Of a stretch of 64,000 nucleotides of DNA, positions 1-8,965 are shown piece by piece. Both the position numbers and the translations under genes were made by a program. The stretch covers positions 64,381 to 128,380 of the forward strand of contig CAZLKB010000002.1 in the NCBI GenBank assembly GCA_964560005.1, read 5' to 3'. Source of the DNA: an uncultured Gammaproteobacteria bacterium (GTDB lineage: Bacteria > Patescibacteriota > Patescibacteriia > Patescibacteriales > GWC2-42-12). Position 1 is the first letter of the stretch; each line of letters starts with the position of its first letter. The notes under the pieces are model-generated. The model worked only from the letters and a program-made list of their open reading frames with translations, had not been told where the DNA came from and made no database searches.

Positions 1-5
1 TTTAT

Positions 6-1169
6 ATGAAAAGAATATTAATTTTTTCAACTGCCTACTTGCCGTTTATCGGCGGAGCGGAAATTGCAGTAAAGGAATTAACGGATAGAATCAGCGAATA
101 TGACTTTGATCTGATAACCGCCAGACTTAACCGACGCCTGCCAAGGCGGGAAAAGGTTGGCCGGGTAAATGTGTTTAGGGTAGGCTTAGGCAATAAGTTT
201 GATAAATTTTTATTGCCGCTTTGGGGTTTATGGCTGGCGCTGCGTCTGAACCGCTCAAAGCAATACGAAATCATTTTTTCTCTAATGGCCAGCCAGGCCT
301 CAATTGCCGCGGCTTTTTTTAAAACCGCTTATCCTAACAAAATTTTAGTGTTAAATCTACAGGAAGGCGACGAAGAAGAGCACCTTAAGCGCTATGTTTT
401 TGGCAGTAATTTTTTATATAATTATCTGATCAAACCTTGGCATTTGCTGGTTTTTAAAAAAGCCGACTTGATCACCACTATCAGCGACTATTTAAAAAAA
501 CGGGCGATTGCCAATGGCGTTAAATGCCCGGTTGAGATCGTTCCGAACGGAGTAGAAGCGGAAAAATTTTTATTGAAGCCGCCAACCCGGCAGCTGGCAG
601 AAAAATTACGGAAGAAATTAAATTTTGAAGAAAGTGACGTTGTTTTAATTACTACCTCCAGGTTGGTAAAGAAGAACGCGGTAGAGGACATAATTAAATC
701 GTTATCTCAATTGCCGGCTAATGTAAAATTATTGATCTTAGGCGACGGACCGGATAGAAAAATGTTGGAAGCGTTAGCCGAAGAATTAATGTTGACGGAT
801 AGAGTTTTTTTTCTAGGCCAAGTTTCCCAAGATGATTTGCCAAAATATTTGGCTATTTCCGACATTTTCGTTCGACCTTCATTATCGGAAGGTCAGGGAA
901 TCTCGTTTTTAGAAGCTATGGCGGCCGGCGTGCCGATTATTGCCACGCCGGTCGGCGGTATTGTTGATTTTTTATCCGATAGTGAAACCGGCTTATTTTG
1001 CAGGGTTAAAAAACCCGAAAGCATCGCGGAAAAAGTAAAAATATATTTAGCTGACAAAAATTTAACTCTAAAGATAACATCGCGGGCAAAAAATTTAGTA
1101 GCAGAGTGTTATAATTGGGATTCCATTGCCCTTAAGATGGAAAACATATTAAAGAAGATAAAAAAATGA
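6..1169 (+). CDS. Glycosyltransferase, GT-B fold (GT4-like)
   Basis: 387-aa ORF. C-terminal donor-binding motif typical of GT4 (FVRPSLSEGQGISFLEAMAAGVPIIATPVGG). Its stop overlaps the next start (ATGA at 1166). Confidence 0.85.
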   Translation: MKRILIFSTAYLPFIGGAEIAVKELTDRISEYDFDLITARLNRRLPRREKVGRVNVFRVGLGNKFDKFLLPLWGLWLALRLNRSKQYEIIFSLMASQASIAAAFFKTAYPNKILVLNLQEGDEEEHLKRYVFGSNFLYNYLIKPWHLLVFKKADLITTISDYLKKRAIANGVKCPVEIVPNGVEAEKFLLKPPTRQLAEKLRKKLNFEESDVVLITTSRLVKKNAVEDIIKSLSQLPANVKLLILGDGPDRKMLEALAEELMLTDRVFFLGQVSQDDLPKYLAISDIFVRPSLSEGQGISFLEAMAAGVPIIATPVGGIVDFLSDSETGLFCRVKKPESIAEKVKIYLADKNLTLKITSRAKNLVAECYNWDSIALKMENILKKIKK

Positions 1170-2599
1170 AAGATTTACTGCGCCGCCAGATCATAAAACA
1201 TAAACGACCGATTAAATACCTTATTGCCGGCGGTACTGCCGCTCTGGTAGACTTATCATTGATTTATTTTTTTACCGATATTTTGGGAATTTGGTATTTA
1301 TACTCTGCCTGTTTGGCTTTTTCCGTGGCATTCTTCGTTAGTTTCTTTTTACAGAAGTTTTGGACTTTTAGGGATAATAATACGGAACGGATGTATCGGC
1401 AAATGACGGTGTATCTCTCCGTCGCCTTATTTAACTTAATCCTCAACGCCTTTTTCATGTATATATTGGTTGACGGTTTCAAGGTCTGGTACATGCTGGC
1501 CCAAGTTATGGCTAGCGGCTTAATCGCCTGCGAAAGTTATTTAGTTTCCAGCTTTTTTATTTTTTTTCATCATCGCTTGGATAAAAATAAATTAAAAATT
1601 ATTATCGCCACGGGCATCTATCCGCCCGATATCGGCGGGCCGGCCCAGTACGCTAAAAACTTAGCGGAGCAGTTTAAGCAAAAAGGCTCTGAAGTCGAAG
1701 TTTTGAGCTACCAGTTGGAGAAAAGATTGCCGATAATTATCAGGCATATTTATTATTTTTTTAGACTGGTTTTTAAATCGCGCGGCGCGGATTTAATAAT
1801 CGCCTTGGATACTTTTAGCGTAGGCATGCCGGCCGTAATTGCGGCTAAAATCTTTAAGAAAAAAATTATTATCCGCACCGGCGGCGATTTTCTTTGGGAA
1901 ACCTATATTGAAAGAAGCGGCAAGCTGATTACCTTGGAGAAATTTTATGAGAACCTGCCGCCTTTAAATTTTAAAGAAAAAATTATTTTTTCTTTATCAA
2001 AATATATTTTAAAAAATGCCGCCGTTGTTGTTTTTAGTACCGCCTGGCAAAAAGACATTTTTGAAAAGTACTATCAGCTAAATCCTCAAAAGAGCCGAAT
2101 TATAGAAAATTATTTCGTTGCCCAAAAAGATCAGGGTCAGCCGGTGAAAGAAAAAATTTTTTTGTGGGCCGGCCGGCCGGTGAAATTAAAAAATTTAGAA
2201 AAATTAAAGCAGGCTTTTATTGAGGCGCAAAAAAATAATCCTGATCTAAAATTAAGCATAGTTCAGAGCATGCCTTATGAAAAATTGCTGGAGGTAATAA
2301 AAAAAAGCTATGCCGTGATTTTGCCGTCGCTTACTGAAATCAGCCCGAATTATATTTTAGACGCCTTAAGCTGCTCTAAGCCGTTTATTTTAACCGAGGA
2401 AACCGGATTCAGAGAAAAATTAAGTTTATTCGGCTTGTTCGTTAATCCGCTAGACGAGGCGGATATAAAAGACAAAATATTATTTTTGGCCGATGATAAA
2501 AATTATAATGAGTATAGAAATAAAGCCATGAATTTTAATTACCGCCATACCTGGGAAGAAATTACGGAAGAATTTTTAAATATTTATAAGAATTTATGA
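1166..2599 (+). CDS. GtrA-like 4-TM membrane domain fused to a GT-B glycosyltransferase
   Basis: The N-terminal ~130 aa have four hydrophobic helices and a GtrA-family signature (IKYLIAGGTAALVDLSLIYFFTDILG ... FFLQKFWTFRD). The remaining ~340 aa look like a GT-B transferase (KIIIATGIYPPDIGGPAQY...). ATGA overlaps at both ends. Confidence 0.75.
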   Translation: MKDLLRRQIIKHKRPIKYLIAGGTAALVDLSLIYFFTDILGIWYLYSACLAFSVAFFVSFFLQKFWTFRDNNTERMYRQMTVYLSVALFNLILNAFFMYILVDGFKVWYMLAQVMASGLIACESYLVSSFFIFFHHRLDKNKLKIIIATGIYPPDIGGPAQYAKNLAEQFKQKGSEVEVLSYQLEKRLPIIIRHIYYFFRLVFKSRGADLIIALDTFSVGMPAVIAAKIFKKKIIIRTGGDFLWETYIERSGKLITLEKFYENLPPLNFKEKIIFSLSKYILKNAAVVVFSTAWQKDIFEKYYQLNPQKSRIIENYFVAQKDQGQPVKEKIFLWAGRPVKLKNLEKLKQAFIEAQKNNPDLKLSIVQSMPYEKLLEVIKKSYAVILPSLTEISPNYILDALSCSKPFILTEETGFREKLSLFGLFVNPLDEADIKDKILFLADDKNYNEYRNKAMNFNYRHTWEEITEEFLNIYKNL

Positions 2600-3714
2600 A
2601 AATTATTAGTTTAGGTTTAGATAATTCGATTTTAAATAAAAGCTCCGCCCTGGCCGGCCGGGTTTTAGAATACGGCCGATTGGTTGAAGGTTACTCGGTT
2701 ATTGTCCCGAATCAAAAAAAGGAGGTTATTGTATTATCGGATAAAGTTAAGGCGTATGGTTCCGGCGGCGTAAATAAATTGAGCCAGTTTATTAAAATTT
2801 ATCGTTTGGCGTTGAAGCTTTGGCGAGAAGATAAAGACAACCTGATTACGGTGCAAGATCAATATTATTTGGCTTTAATCGGCCTTAAATTGGCCAGAAA
2901 TTTAAACGCCGCCTTGGAAATTCAGATACATGGCTTTGAAAAGTTTTCCGGTCTGCGCGCGCTTATAGCAAAATTTGTTTTACCCAGAGCTAATGCCGTC
3001 AGATGCGTCAGCCAAAGATTAAAGAAATTGTTAATTAGAGATTTTGGGGTTAAAGAAGAAAAAATAACAGTAGTACCGATTTACACCGAATTACGAATTA
3101 CGAATTACCCGTCTCGCCAAGGCGAAGCCGAGGCGGGCGAATTACGAATTACAGAAAATAAAGGTAAATTTGTATTTTTAACTGTCGGTAGACTGGTGCC
3201 GGTAAAAAATATTGAATTACAAATTGAAGCAATGAGAGAAGTGGCAAAAAAATATCCGCAAACAGAGCTTTGGATAATCGGGGATGGACCGGAAAAAAAG
3301 AATTGTGAATTAAGAATTGTGAATTATGGGTTAAGCGATAGAGTAAAATTATTAGGTTGGAAAGATGATTTGGGAAAATATTACCGTCAAGCAGACGCAT
3401 TTTTATTGACCTCTAATTCGGAAGGCTGGGGCTTGGCAGTGATAGAGGCGGCCGGCCTTGGTTTGCCGGTTATTATGACCGATGTCGGTTGCGCCGGCGA
3501 AGTGATTGAAAATAATGAGAGCGGATTAATTATTCCGGTTGGCGACCGAAATGCCCTGGAGCAAGCCATGGTGAAAATGATTACGGATGAGAATTTACGT
3601 AAAAAATTAGCAGCCGGCGCCGAAGCGACTGTAAGTATACTGCCTAACCAGGAAGAAATTTTTAATTTATATAAATTATCCTGGCAAAAGGCAGTAAATA
3701 ATAAACAAAAATGA
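2596..3714 (+). CDS. Glycosyltransferase, GT4-like
   Basis: 372-aa ORF with the motif FLLTSNSEGWGLAVIEAAGLGLPVIMTDVGCAGE. Carries the in-frame repeat/hairpin insertion at 3087..3152 in the interdomain linker. Confidence 0.85.
   Translation: MKIISLGLDNSILNKSSALAGRVLEYGRLVEGYSVIVPNQKKEVIVLSDKVKAYGSGGVNKLSQFIKIYRLALKLWREDKDNLITVQDQYYLALIGLKLARNLNAALEIQIHGFEKFSGLRALIAKFVLPRANAVRCVSQRLKKLLIRDFGVKEEKITVVPIYTELRITNYPSRQGEAEAGELRITENKGKFVFLTVGRLVPVKNIELQIEAMREVAKKYPQTELWIIGDGPEKKNCELRIVNYGLSDRVKLLGWKDDLGKYYRQADAFLLTSNSEGWGLAVIEAAGLGLPVIMTDVGCAGEVIENNESGLIIPVGDRNALEQAMVKMITDENLRKKLAAGAEATVSILPNQEEIFNLYKLSWQKAVNNKQK
3087..3152. repeat. Heptamer tandem repeats (CGAATTA x3 and x2) flanking a GC-rich 9-bp-stem hairpin, in frame inside a GT4 gene
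   Basis: Read directly: cgaattacgaattacgaattac (3087-3108), then ccgtctcgccaaggcgaagccgaggcggg (3109-3137), then cgaattacgaattac (3138-3152). CCCGTCTCG pairs with CGAGGCGGG (one G-T wobble). Translates as ELRITNYPSRQGEAEAGELRITEN. Confidence 0.8.
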
Positions 3715-4721
3715 ATTTACTTATAATTACCCAAAAAGTTGATATCAACGACAGTATCCTTGGTTTTATGACCGCCTGGATTTTAGAATTCGCCAAGCAT
3801 TGCCGGAAGCTTACGGTTATTTGCTTAGAGAAAGGCGAATACAGTTTTCCGGAAAATGTAAAAGTTTTATCGTTAGGCAAAGAAAAATCGCGGTCAAAAA
3901 TAAATTACGTTTTAAATTTTTATAAATATATTTGGCAGGAACGAAAAAATTATGACACGGTTTTTGTCCACATGAATCCCGAATATATTGTTTTGGGCGG
4001 GTGGTTATGGAAAGTGTGGCATAAAACCATAGCGCTGTGGTATACTCATAAAAATGTGGATTTAAAATTACGGATTGCGGAAAAATTGTCCGATATTATT
4101 TTCACGGCTTCGACTAAAAGCTTCCGGCTTAAGAGTAGAAAAGTCCAGGTTATGGGGCATGGCATTGATGTCCAAAAATTTGCGCCCGCAGCCAACGCCG
4201 CACCAGAAAAAATAATCTTAAATGTTGATAGAATATCACCAGCGAAAAATCAATTAAAAATAGTTAAATTGTTTGCCGAAATAAGGCAAGAAGTTATTGC
4301 CGCGCGCCTATTTCTTGTCGGCGCGACGGCGCTGGAGGAGGATAAGGCTTATGAGATTAAATTAAAGAAATATGTTGCTGAAAATAATTTATCGGAGCAA
4401 GTCAAGTTTTTCGGTGCGGTAGCCAACAAAGATATGCCTGGCATATATCGGCAGGCAAAAGTTTTTGTCAACCTTAGCGCCACCGGCAGCCTGGATAAAA
4501 CGGTTTTAGAAGCTATGTCTTCAAGTTTGCCCGTGGTAACCACCAATGAAGCTTTTAAAAATATAATTCCCGCGGGTAATTATTGTCCCGACGCCGAAAC
4601 CGCCCGGCAGAAAATTATTGAGTTTTTACAAGCCAGTAGCACGGTGAATTTACGCGAGATTGTCGTTGCCAGCCATAGTTTAAAAAAATTGGTAGAAAAT
4701 ATAATAAAAAAACTAACTTAG
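3711..4721 (+). CDS. Glycosyltransferase, GT-B fold
   Basis: 336-aa ORF. N-terminus MNLLIITQKVDINDSILGF and C-terminal VFVNLSATGSLDKTVLEAMSSSLPVVTTN resemble GT1/GT4 enzymes. Confidence 0.75.
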   Translation: MNLLIITQKVDINDSILGFMTAWILEFAKHCRKLTVICLEKGEYSFPENVKVLSLGKEKSRSKINYVLNFYKYIWQERKNYDTVFVHMNPEYIVLGGWLWKVWHKTIALWYTHKNVDLKLRIAEKLSDIIFTASTKSFRLKSRKVQVMGHGIDVQKFAPAANAAPEKIILNVDRISPAKNQLKIVKLFAEIRQEVIAARLFLVGATALEEDKAYEIKLKKYVAENNLSEQVKFFGAVANKDMPGIYRQAKVFVNLSATGSLDKTVLEAMSSSLPVVTTNEAFKNIIPAGNYCPDAETARQKIIEFLQASSTVNLREIVVASHSLKKLVENIIKKLT

Positions 4722-4726
4722 AAATT

Positions 4727-5359
4727 ATGTTTTTTAGTATTTTAAAAAGCTTAGCTCAGAATAAAAGCTTAGTTCGTACGCTGATGAATTTGGAACTAAA
4801 GAAGTATAAAATTTCCGGCCGGGTTTTAGATATTGGCGGAGGCGTAAATCCCAGCTATCTGAATTTTCTACAAAAAGGGGAAGCCGTCAAGGTAATAAAT
4901 TTAGATAGTAAAAATTCGGCGATTAATTTTGAAAAAGACCAGCTAACGGCTGGCGACTTGAGCATTGATTGCGTCTTGATGTTTAATATTTTAGAGCATA
5001 TTTATAACCATAATTTTTTAGCCGCCGAGGCTTTCCGGGTAACGAAAAAGGGCGGCCAATTATTGGGTTTCGTGCCCTTTTTAATTAACTATCACCCCGA
5101 CCCGCACGATTATTTTCGTTATACTTCCGAGGCTTTAGAGAAGATTTTTCATCAAGCCGGCTTTAGCAATATAAAAATAAAGGCAATCGGCGGCGGTCCA
5201 TTTTTTGTTAACTTCAACAATGTTATCTTTATTTTTCCCAAGATAATCCGGCTCCTAATTTTCCCTTTTTACTACCTTTTTGACTTTGGGCTTTTAAAAT
5301 TTAGGCCCGCCATGAAGACTAGATTTGCCCTGGGATATCTCTTTACTGCCCTAAAATAA
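4727..5359 (+). CDS. Class I SAM-dependent methyltransferase
   Basis: SAM-binding motif I VLDIGGG and an Methyltransf_11-like core (VLMFNILEHI ... KKGGQLLGFVP). Confidence 0.75.
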   Translation: MFFSILKSLAQNKSLVRTLMNLELKKYKISGRVLDIGGGVNPSYLNFLQKGEAVKVINLDSKNSAINFEKDQLTAGDLSIDCVLMFNILEHIYNHNFLAAEAFRVTKKGGQLLGFVPFLINYHPDPHDYFRYTSEALEKIFHQAGFSNIKIKAIGGGPFFVNFNNVIFIFPKIIRLLIFPFYYLFDFGLLKFRPAMKTRFALGYLFTALK

Positions 5360-5363
5360 TAAT

Positions 5364-6746
5364 ATGTTAAAAAAATATAAAACAGTAATAATAATTTTTA
5401 TAGTAGCCTTGATTTTAAGGTTAATTTTTTCTTTTCTTTTTTACAGGGCGGTAAATTTTGATACCGATAAATTTTTAAATTCCACCCATTCGGATGGCTA
5501 TTATAATTACGCCTATAATTTAATTCATTATAAAGTTTTTTCTGGTTATAACCCGCCAACTATCTTGGATTCTACGAGGACTCCCGGCTACCCGCTGATT
5601 ATCGCCGCTTCCTTATTTATTTTTAATTCGCTTTGGCCCTTGGTTATTATTCAAATTATTATTAGTAGTCTTCTGCCAATACTCGGGAGGAAGATAAGCC
5701 GAGAAATAATACCTAACAATAGTATCGCCAACCTGGTGGGCTGGCTTTTAGTCTTCGAACCGGTGGGGGTGATGCTGTCTCTTTGGATGATTTCAGAATC
5801 TTTTTTTGTTTTATTTTTCTTTTTGTTTATTTTATTTATCATTAAATTTATAAAAGCTGCAGAGCAGAATGCGGCTTTCAATAATTATAAAACAATTGGC
5901 TGGTCAGCGTTTTTATTAGGCATGGCGACATTAATTAAGCCGACTACGCTTTATTTGCCGATAATTTTGATCGCCGCCTGGCTGGCTTACAGGTATTTTT
6001 TAAAAAGAAATTTTTTATTGAAACAGGTAATAATATTTTTGATAATTTTTATATTAATCTTAAGCCCTTGGTATTATAGGAACTATCGTGCTTTTGGAGT
6101 TGCCGCGCTTACCTCGAATAAAGAGGAGGTTTTGTTTACCGCTCTCGCCCCCTCCGTGCTGGCGGTAAAAAATCATGAGAGTTACAGCCAATCGCTGATT
6201 AATTTTTTTAAATCAAAAGGAATTGAGCAATATCCCATAATTAACACGGGTAACGCCGGCTGGTTTCAACAGCAAGCCATTGAGGTTTTAATAAAAAATC
6301 CCAAAGAATCAATCATTGTTGCCGGCATCAGTCTATTAACTTTTTTTACGCATGACGGCCTGCTGACATTTTTAGGTTTTCTCGGTTTCTATCAAGCCAA
6401 TGGACTGACCGTTGGACAAATATTGACGCAGCCATTGCCGGAAATGTTTGTAACTTTTAAATCCCTGTTTTTTAGCTCGGCTTTTTTTATAATATTGATG
6501 CGATTTTTATGGATTTTAATTGCCGCAATATTTTTTATTAGTATAATCCGCACGTTTTTAAGGAAAAAGTTTACCGCCCTTTCGGCTCTGGGCTTAATCT
6601 TTGTCGCTTATTTTGCTTTAACGACAATCAGCAACGGTTTCGGCGTTAACGCCCGCTTCCGTTTTCCGGTTAACATTTTTATTTTTATGTTCGCCATTGA
6701 ATATTTATTTGAAATATTTAATTCCTTTAGAAGAAAAATTTTATGA
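5364..6746 (+). CDS. Polytopic membrane glycosyltransferase, GT-C fold (ArnT/PMT-like)
   Basis: 460 aa with many TM helices. The first loop has HSDGYYNYAYNL ... TRTPGYPLIIA, typical of GT39/GT83-type enzymes. Confidence 0.7.
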   Translation: MLKKYKTVIIIFIVALILRLIFSFLFYRAVNFDTDKFLNSTHSDGYYNYAYNLIHYKVFSGYNPPTILDSTRTPGYPLIIAASLFIFNSLWPLVIIQIIISSLLPILGRKISREIIPNNSIANLVGWLLVFEPVGVMLSLWMISESFFVLFFFLFILFIIKFIKAAEQNAAFNNYKTIGWSAFLLGMATLIKPTTLYLPIILIAAWLAYRYFLKRNFLLKQVIIFLIIFILILSPWYYRNYRAFGVAALTSNKEEVLFTALAPSVLAVKNHESYSQSLINFFKSKGIEQYPIINTGNAGWFQQQAIEVLIKNPKESIIVAGISLLTFFTHDGLLTFLGFLGFYQANGLTVGQILTQPLPEMFVTFKSLFFSSAFFIILMRFLWILIAAIFFISIIRTFLRKKFTALSALGLIFVAYFALTTISNGFGVNARFRFPVNIFIFMFAIEYLFEIFNSFRRKIL

Positions 6747-7441
6747 ACATTTTATCCGTGGTAATTCCAGTTTTTAATGAAAAAGAGACTATTAAAGAAA
6801 TTATCCGCCAGGTAGAGGCGGTGGAGTTGCCGCTAAAAAAAGAAATAATTATTATTGATGATTGCTCAACCGACGGCACCAGGGAAATTCTAAAAAGCTT
6901 TGATGAAACGAAATATAAAATAATTTTTAGGGAAAAAAATGAAGGCAAGGGCGCCGCCCTGCGTGACGGATTTTTGCGGGCGACCGGGGATATTGTTGTC
7001 ATACAAGACGCTGATTTGGAATACGATCCTCAGGATTATTTAAAATTGCTCGACCCTATTTTAAAAGGCAGGGGAGATGTGGTTTACGGCTCTCGTTTCG
7101 TTACCAGCGATCCTAAGAGAGTTTTATTTTTTTGGCATCTTTTGGGCAATACTTTTTTAACTAAATTTTCTAATATGCTATCAGGTTTGACTTTCTCCGA
7201 CATGGAAACCGGCTACAAAGCTTTTAGAAAAGAAGTGGTTGATTCTTTTAAGGATAAACTAAGATCAAAGCGCTTTGGTATAGAACCGGAATTAACCGCA
7301 CTGGTTGCCAAAGGCAAATGGCGGGTATATGAAGTCGGAATTTCCTATTATGGGCGCACTTACGAAGAAGGCAAAAAAATTAATTGGCGCGACGGCTTAG
7401 CGGCGATTTGGCATATTATTAAATTTAATATTTTTTCTTAA
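6743..7441 (+). CDS. GT2 glycosyltransferase (polyprenyl-phosphate sugar synthase-like)
   Basis: Motifs LSVVIPVFNEKETI, IIIIDDCSTDGT and QDADLEYDP (GT-A DxD). Paralog of 11234..11926. Confidence 0.85.
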   Translation: MNILSVVIPVFNEKETIKEIIRQVEAVELPLKKEIIIIDDCSTDGTREILKSFDETKYKIIFREKNEGKGAALRDGFLRATGDIVVIQDADLEYDPQDYLKLLDPILKGRGDVVYGSRFVTSDPKRVLFFWHLLGNTFLTKFSNMLSGLTFSDMETGYKAFRKEVVDSFKDKLRSKRFGIEPELTALVAKGKWRVYEVGISYYGRTYEEGKKINWRDGLAAIWHIIKFNIFS

Positions 7442-7449
7442 TTCATAAT

Positions 7450-8757
7450 ATGAAAGTAACTTTGTTGGAAGTATATTCACCGCGGCCGCAATACATTAAT
7501 AAAGATGTCATGGGAGAATACGGCATGGTGGCGCAAATTGGCGATTCTTTTTTGGCTAAAATTCTTGAGGCGTCAAAAAAGAAGTCGGTTAATATTCCGG
7601 TTTTTGCCTTGGGGTATTTGGCGGCAATACTGAAGAAAAACGGCCATCAAGTTGAATATAAATTTAACGAAATTCCGGCTGATGCGGATTTGGTTATCAT
7701 TCCTTCCTCTATAGTAGATTATAAGTTCGAGCTGTCATTCGCCCGAAAAATAAAGCAAGAAAACAGCAAGGCAAAAATTGGTTTTTTTGGTCCCTTTGCC
7801 TCGGTTATGCCCGAGCCGTATCTGGCAGTCGCGGATTTTGTAATAGTCGATGAACCTGAGCAGGTGATTGATAAGATAAGCGACCATTGGCTGCCGCAGG
7901 GAAAAATAATCGGTCAGAAAGTGGAAAATTTAGACGCTTTGCCTTTTCCGGTCTGGGATATATTTCCTTTAAAAAAATATTCCTATCGGCCTCTTTTAAA
8001 ACCCCGTCCCTTTGTGACCGTATTATCAAGCCGCGGCTGCACTTTTAATTGTCCCTATTGCCCCTATAAAGCTTATTATGGACATTTAAGGCAGAGGAGC
8101 GCCGTTTCAGTGATCGGAGAATTAAAGTATTTAAAAGCAACCTATGGTATTAAATCCGTGCAATTTCGAGACCCCTTATTTACCAGCCAAAGAGACCGCG
8201 CTCTGGCCATTGCCGATGGCATAATCGCCAATCATTTGAATATATTCTGGGGCTGCGAGACTCATGTTAACTGTTTAGATTATGAATTGATTGATAAATT
8301 ATACGACGCCGGTTTAAGAAGCATAAATTTAGGTATAGAGTCGTCGGATATAGAAGTGCTGGCCGGGGCTTCGCGTTTTTCCGCGCCCAAAAGCAAGGAG
8401 GCGGATATAATTAATTATTGCCAAAAAAAAGGAGTCCGGGTCGCGGCTTTTTATGTCTTTGGTTTTCCCGAGGATACCGAGGAAACCATTGAACGTACCA
8501 TTGGTTATGCGAAGAAGTTGAATACTGTTGTGGCTCAATTTTTTATTTTAACTCCTTTCCCCGGCACCGCCCTATATCGGGAGATGGCGGATAAGATTAC
8601 AGAGAAAGATTGGGAAAAGTTTAATAGTTTTAATCCGGTTTTCAAACATCCTAATTTATCAGCTCAGCAACTTTTGTCTCTTAAAGAAAAAGCTTTTGTG
8701 TCTTATTATTTTAGGTTTAGATATTTAATAAAATATTGGTTTAAAATATTATTTTAA
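7450..8757 (+). CDS. B12-binding domain radical SAM enzyme (paralog A)
   Basis: N-terminal Rossmann-like B12-binding region followed by the CxxxCxxC cluster SSRGCTFNCPYCPY and a radical SAM core (RSINLGIESS). Confidence 0.85.
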   Translation: MKVTLLEVYSPRPQYINKDVMGEYGMVAQIGDSFLAKILEASKKKSVNIPVFALGYLAAILKKNGHQVEYKFNEIPADADLVIIPSSIVDYKFELSFARKIKQENSKAKIGFFGPFASVMPEPYLAVADFVIVDEPEQVIDKISDHWLPQGKIIGQKVENLDALPFPVWDIFPLKKYSYRPLLKPRPFVTVLSSRGCTFNCPYCPYKAYYGHLRQRSAVSVIGELKYLKATYGIKSVQFRDPLFTSQRDRALAIADGIIANHLNIFWGCETHVNCLDYELIDKLYDAGLRSINLGIESSDIEVLAGASRFSAPKSKEADIINYCQKKGVRVAAFYVFGFPEDTEETIERTIGYAKKLNTVVAQFFILTPFPGTALYREMADKITEKDWEKFNSFNPVFKHPNLSAQQLLSLKEKAFVSYYFRFRYLIKYWFKILF

Positions 8758-8780
8758 AGGATTATTCATAAACGGAAGTA

Positions 8781-8928
8781 GTTGGGGAAAAAAAATTTAT
8801 TTTGAGTGAATACAAAATTGTATTATTTTTTATTAAAATTATTACATATACTTTAAAAAATAAATATAATTTTAATAAAAAATACTCAAATTTTGTCTTG
8901 AGCAAAAAACAAATTTTTTTACCCCAAC
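8781..8928. repeat. Long imperfect palindromic intergenic element (member 1 of 2)
   Basis: Outer arms gttgggg(a)8ttt / aaa(t)7accccaac. Perfect inner 17-bp stem tattttttattaaaatt (8824-8840) / aattttaataaaaaata (8868-8884). Shares the 16-mer AAATTTGAGTATTTTT (minus strand, 8878-8893) with 49562-49577. Confidence 0.7.
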
Positions 8929-8965
8929 AACTGCATTATATTAAAATGTTTGAAGATAATGTATT

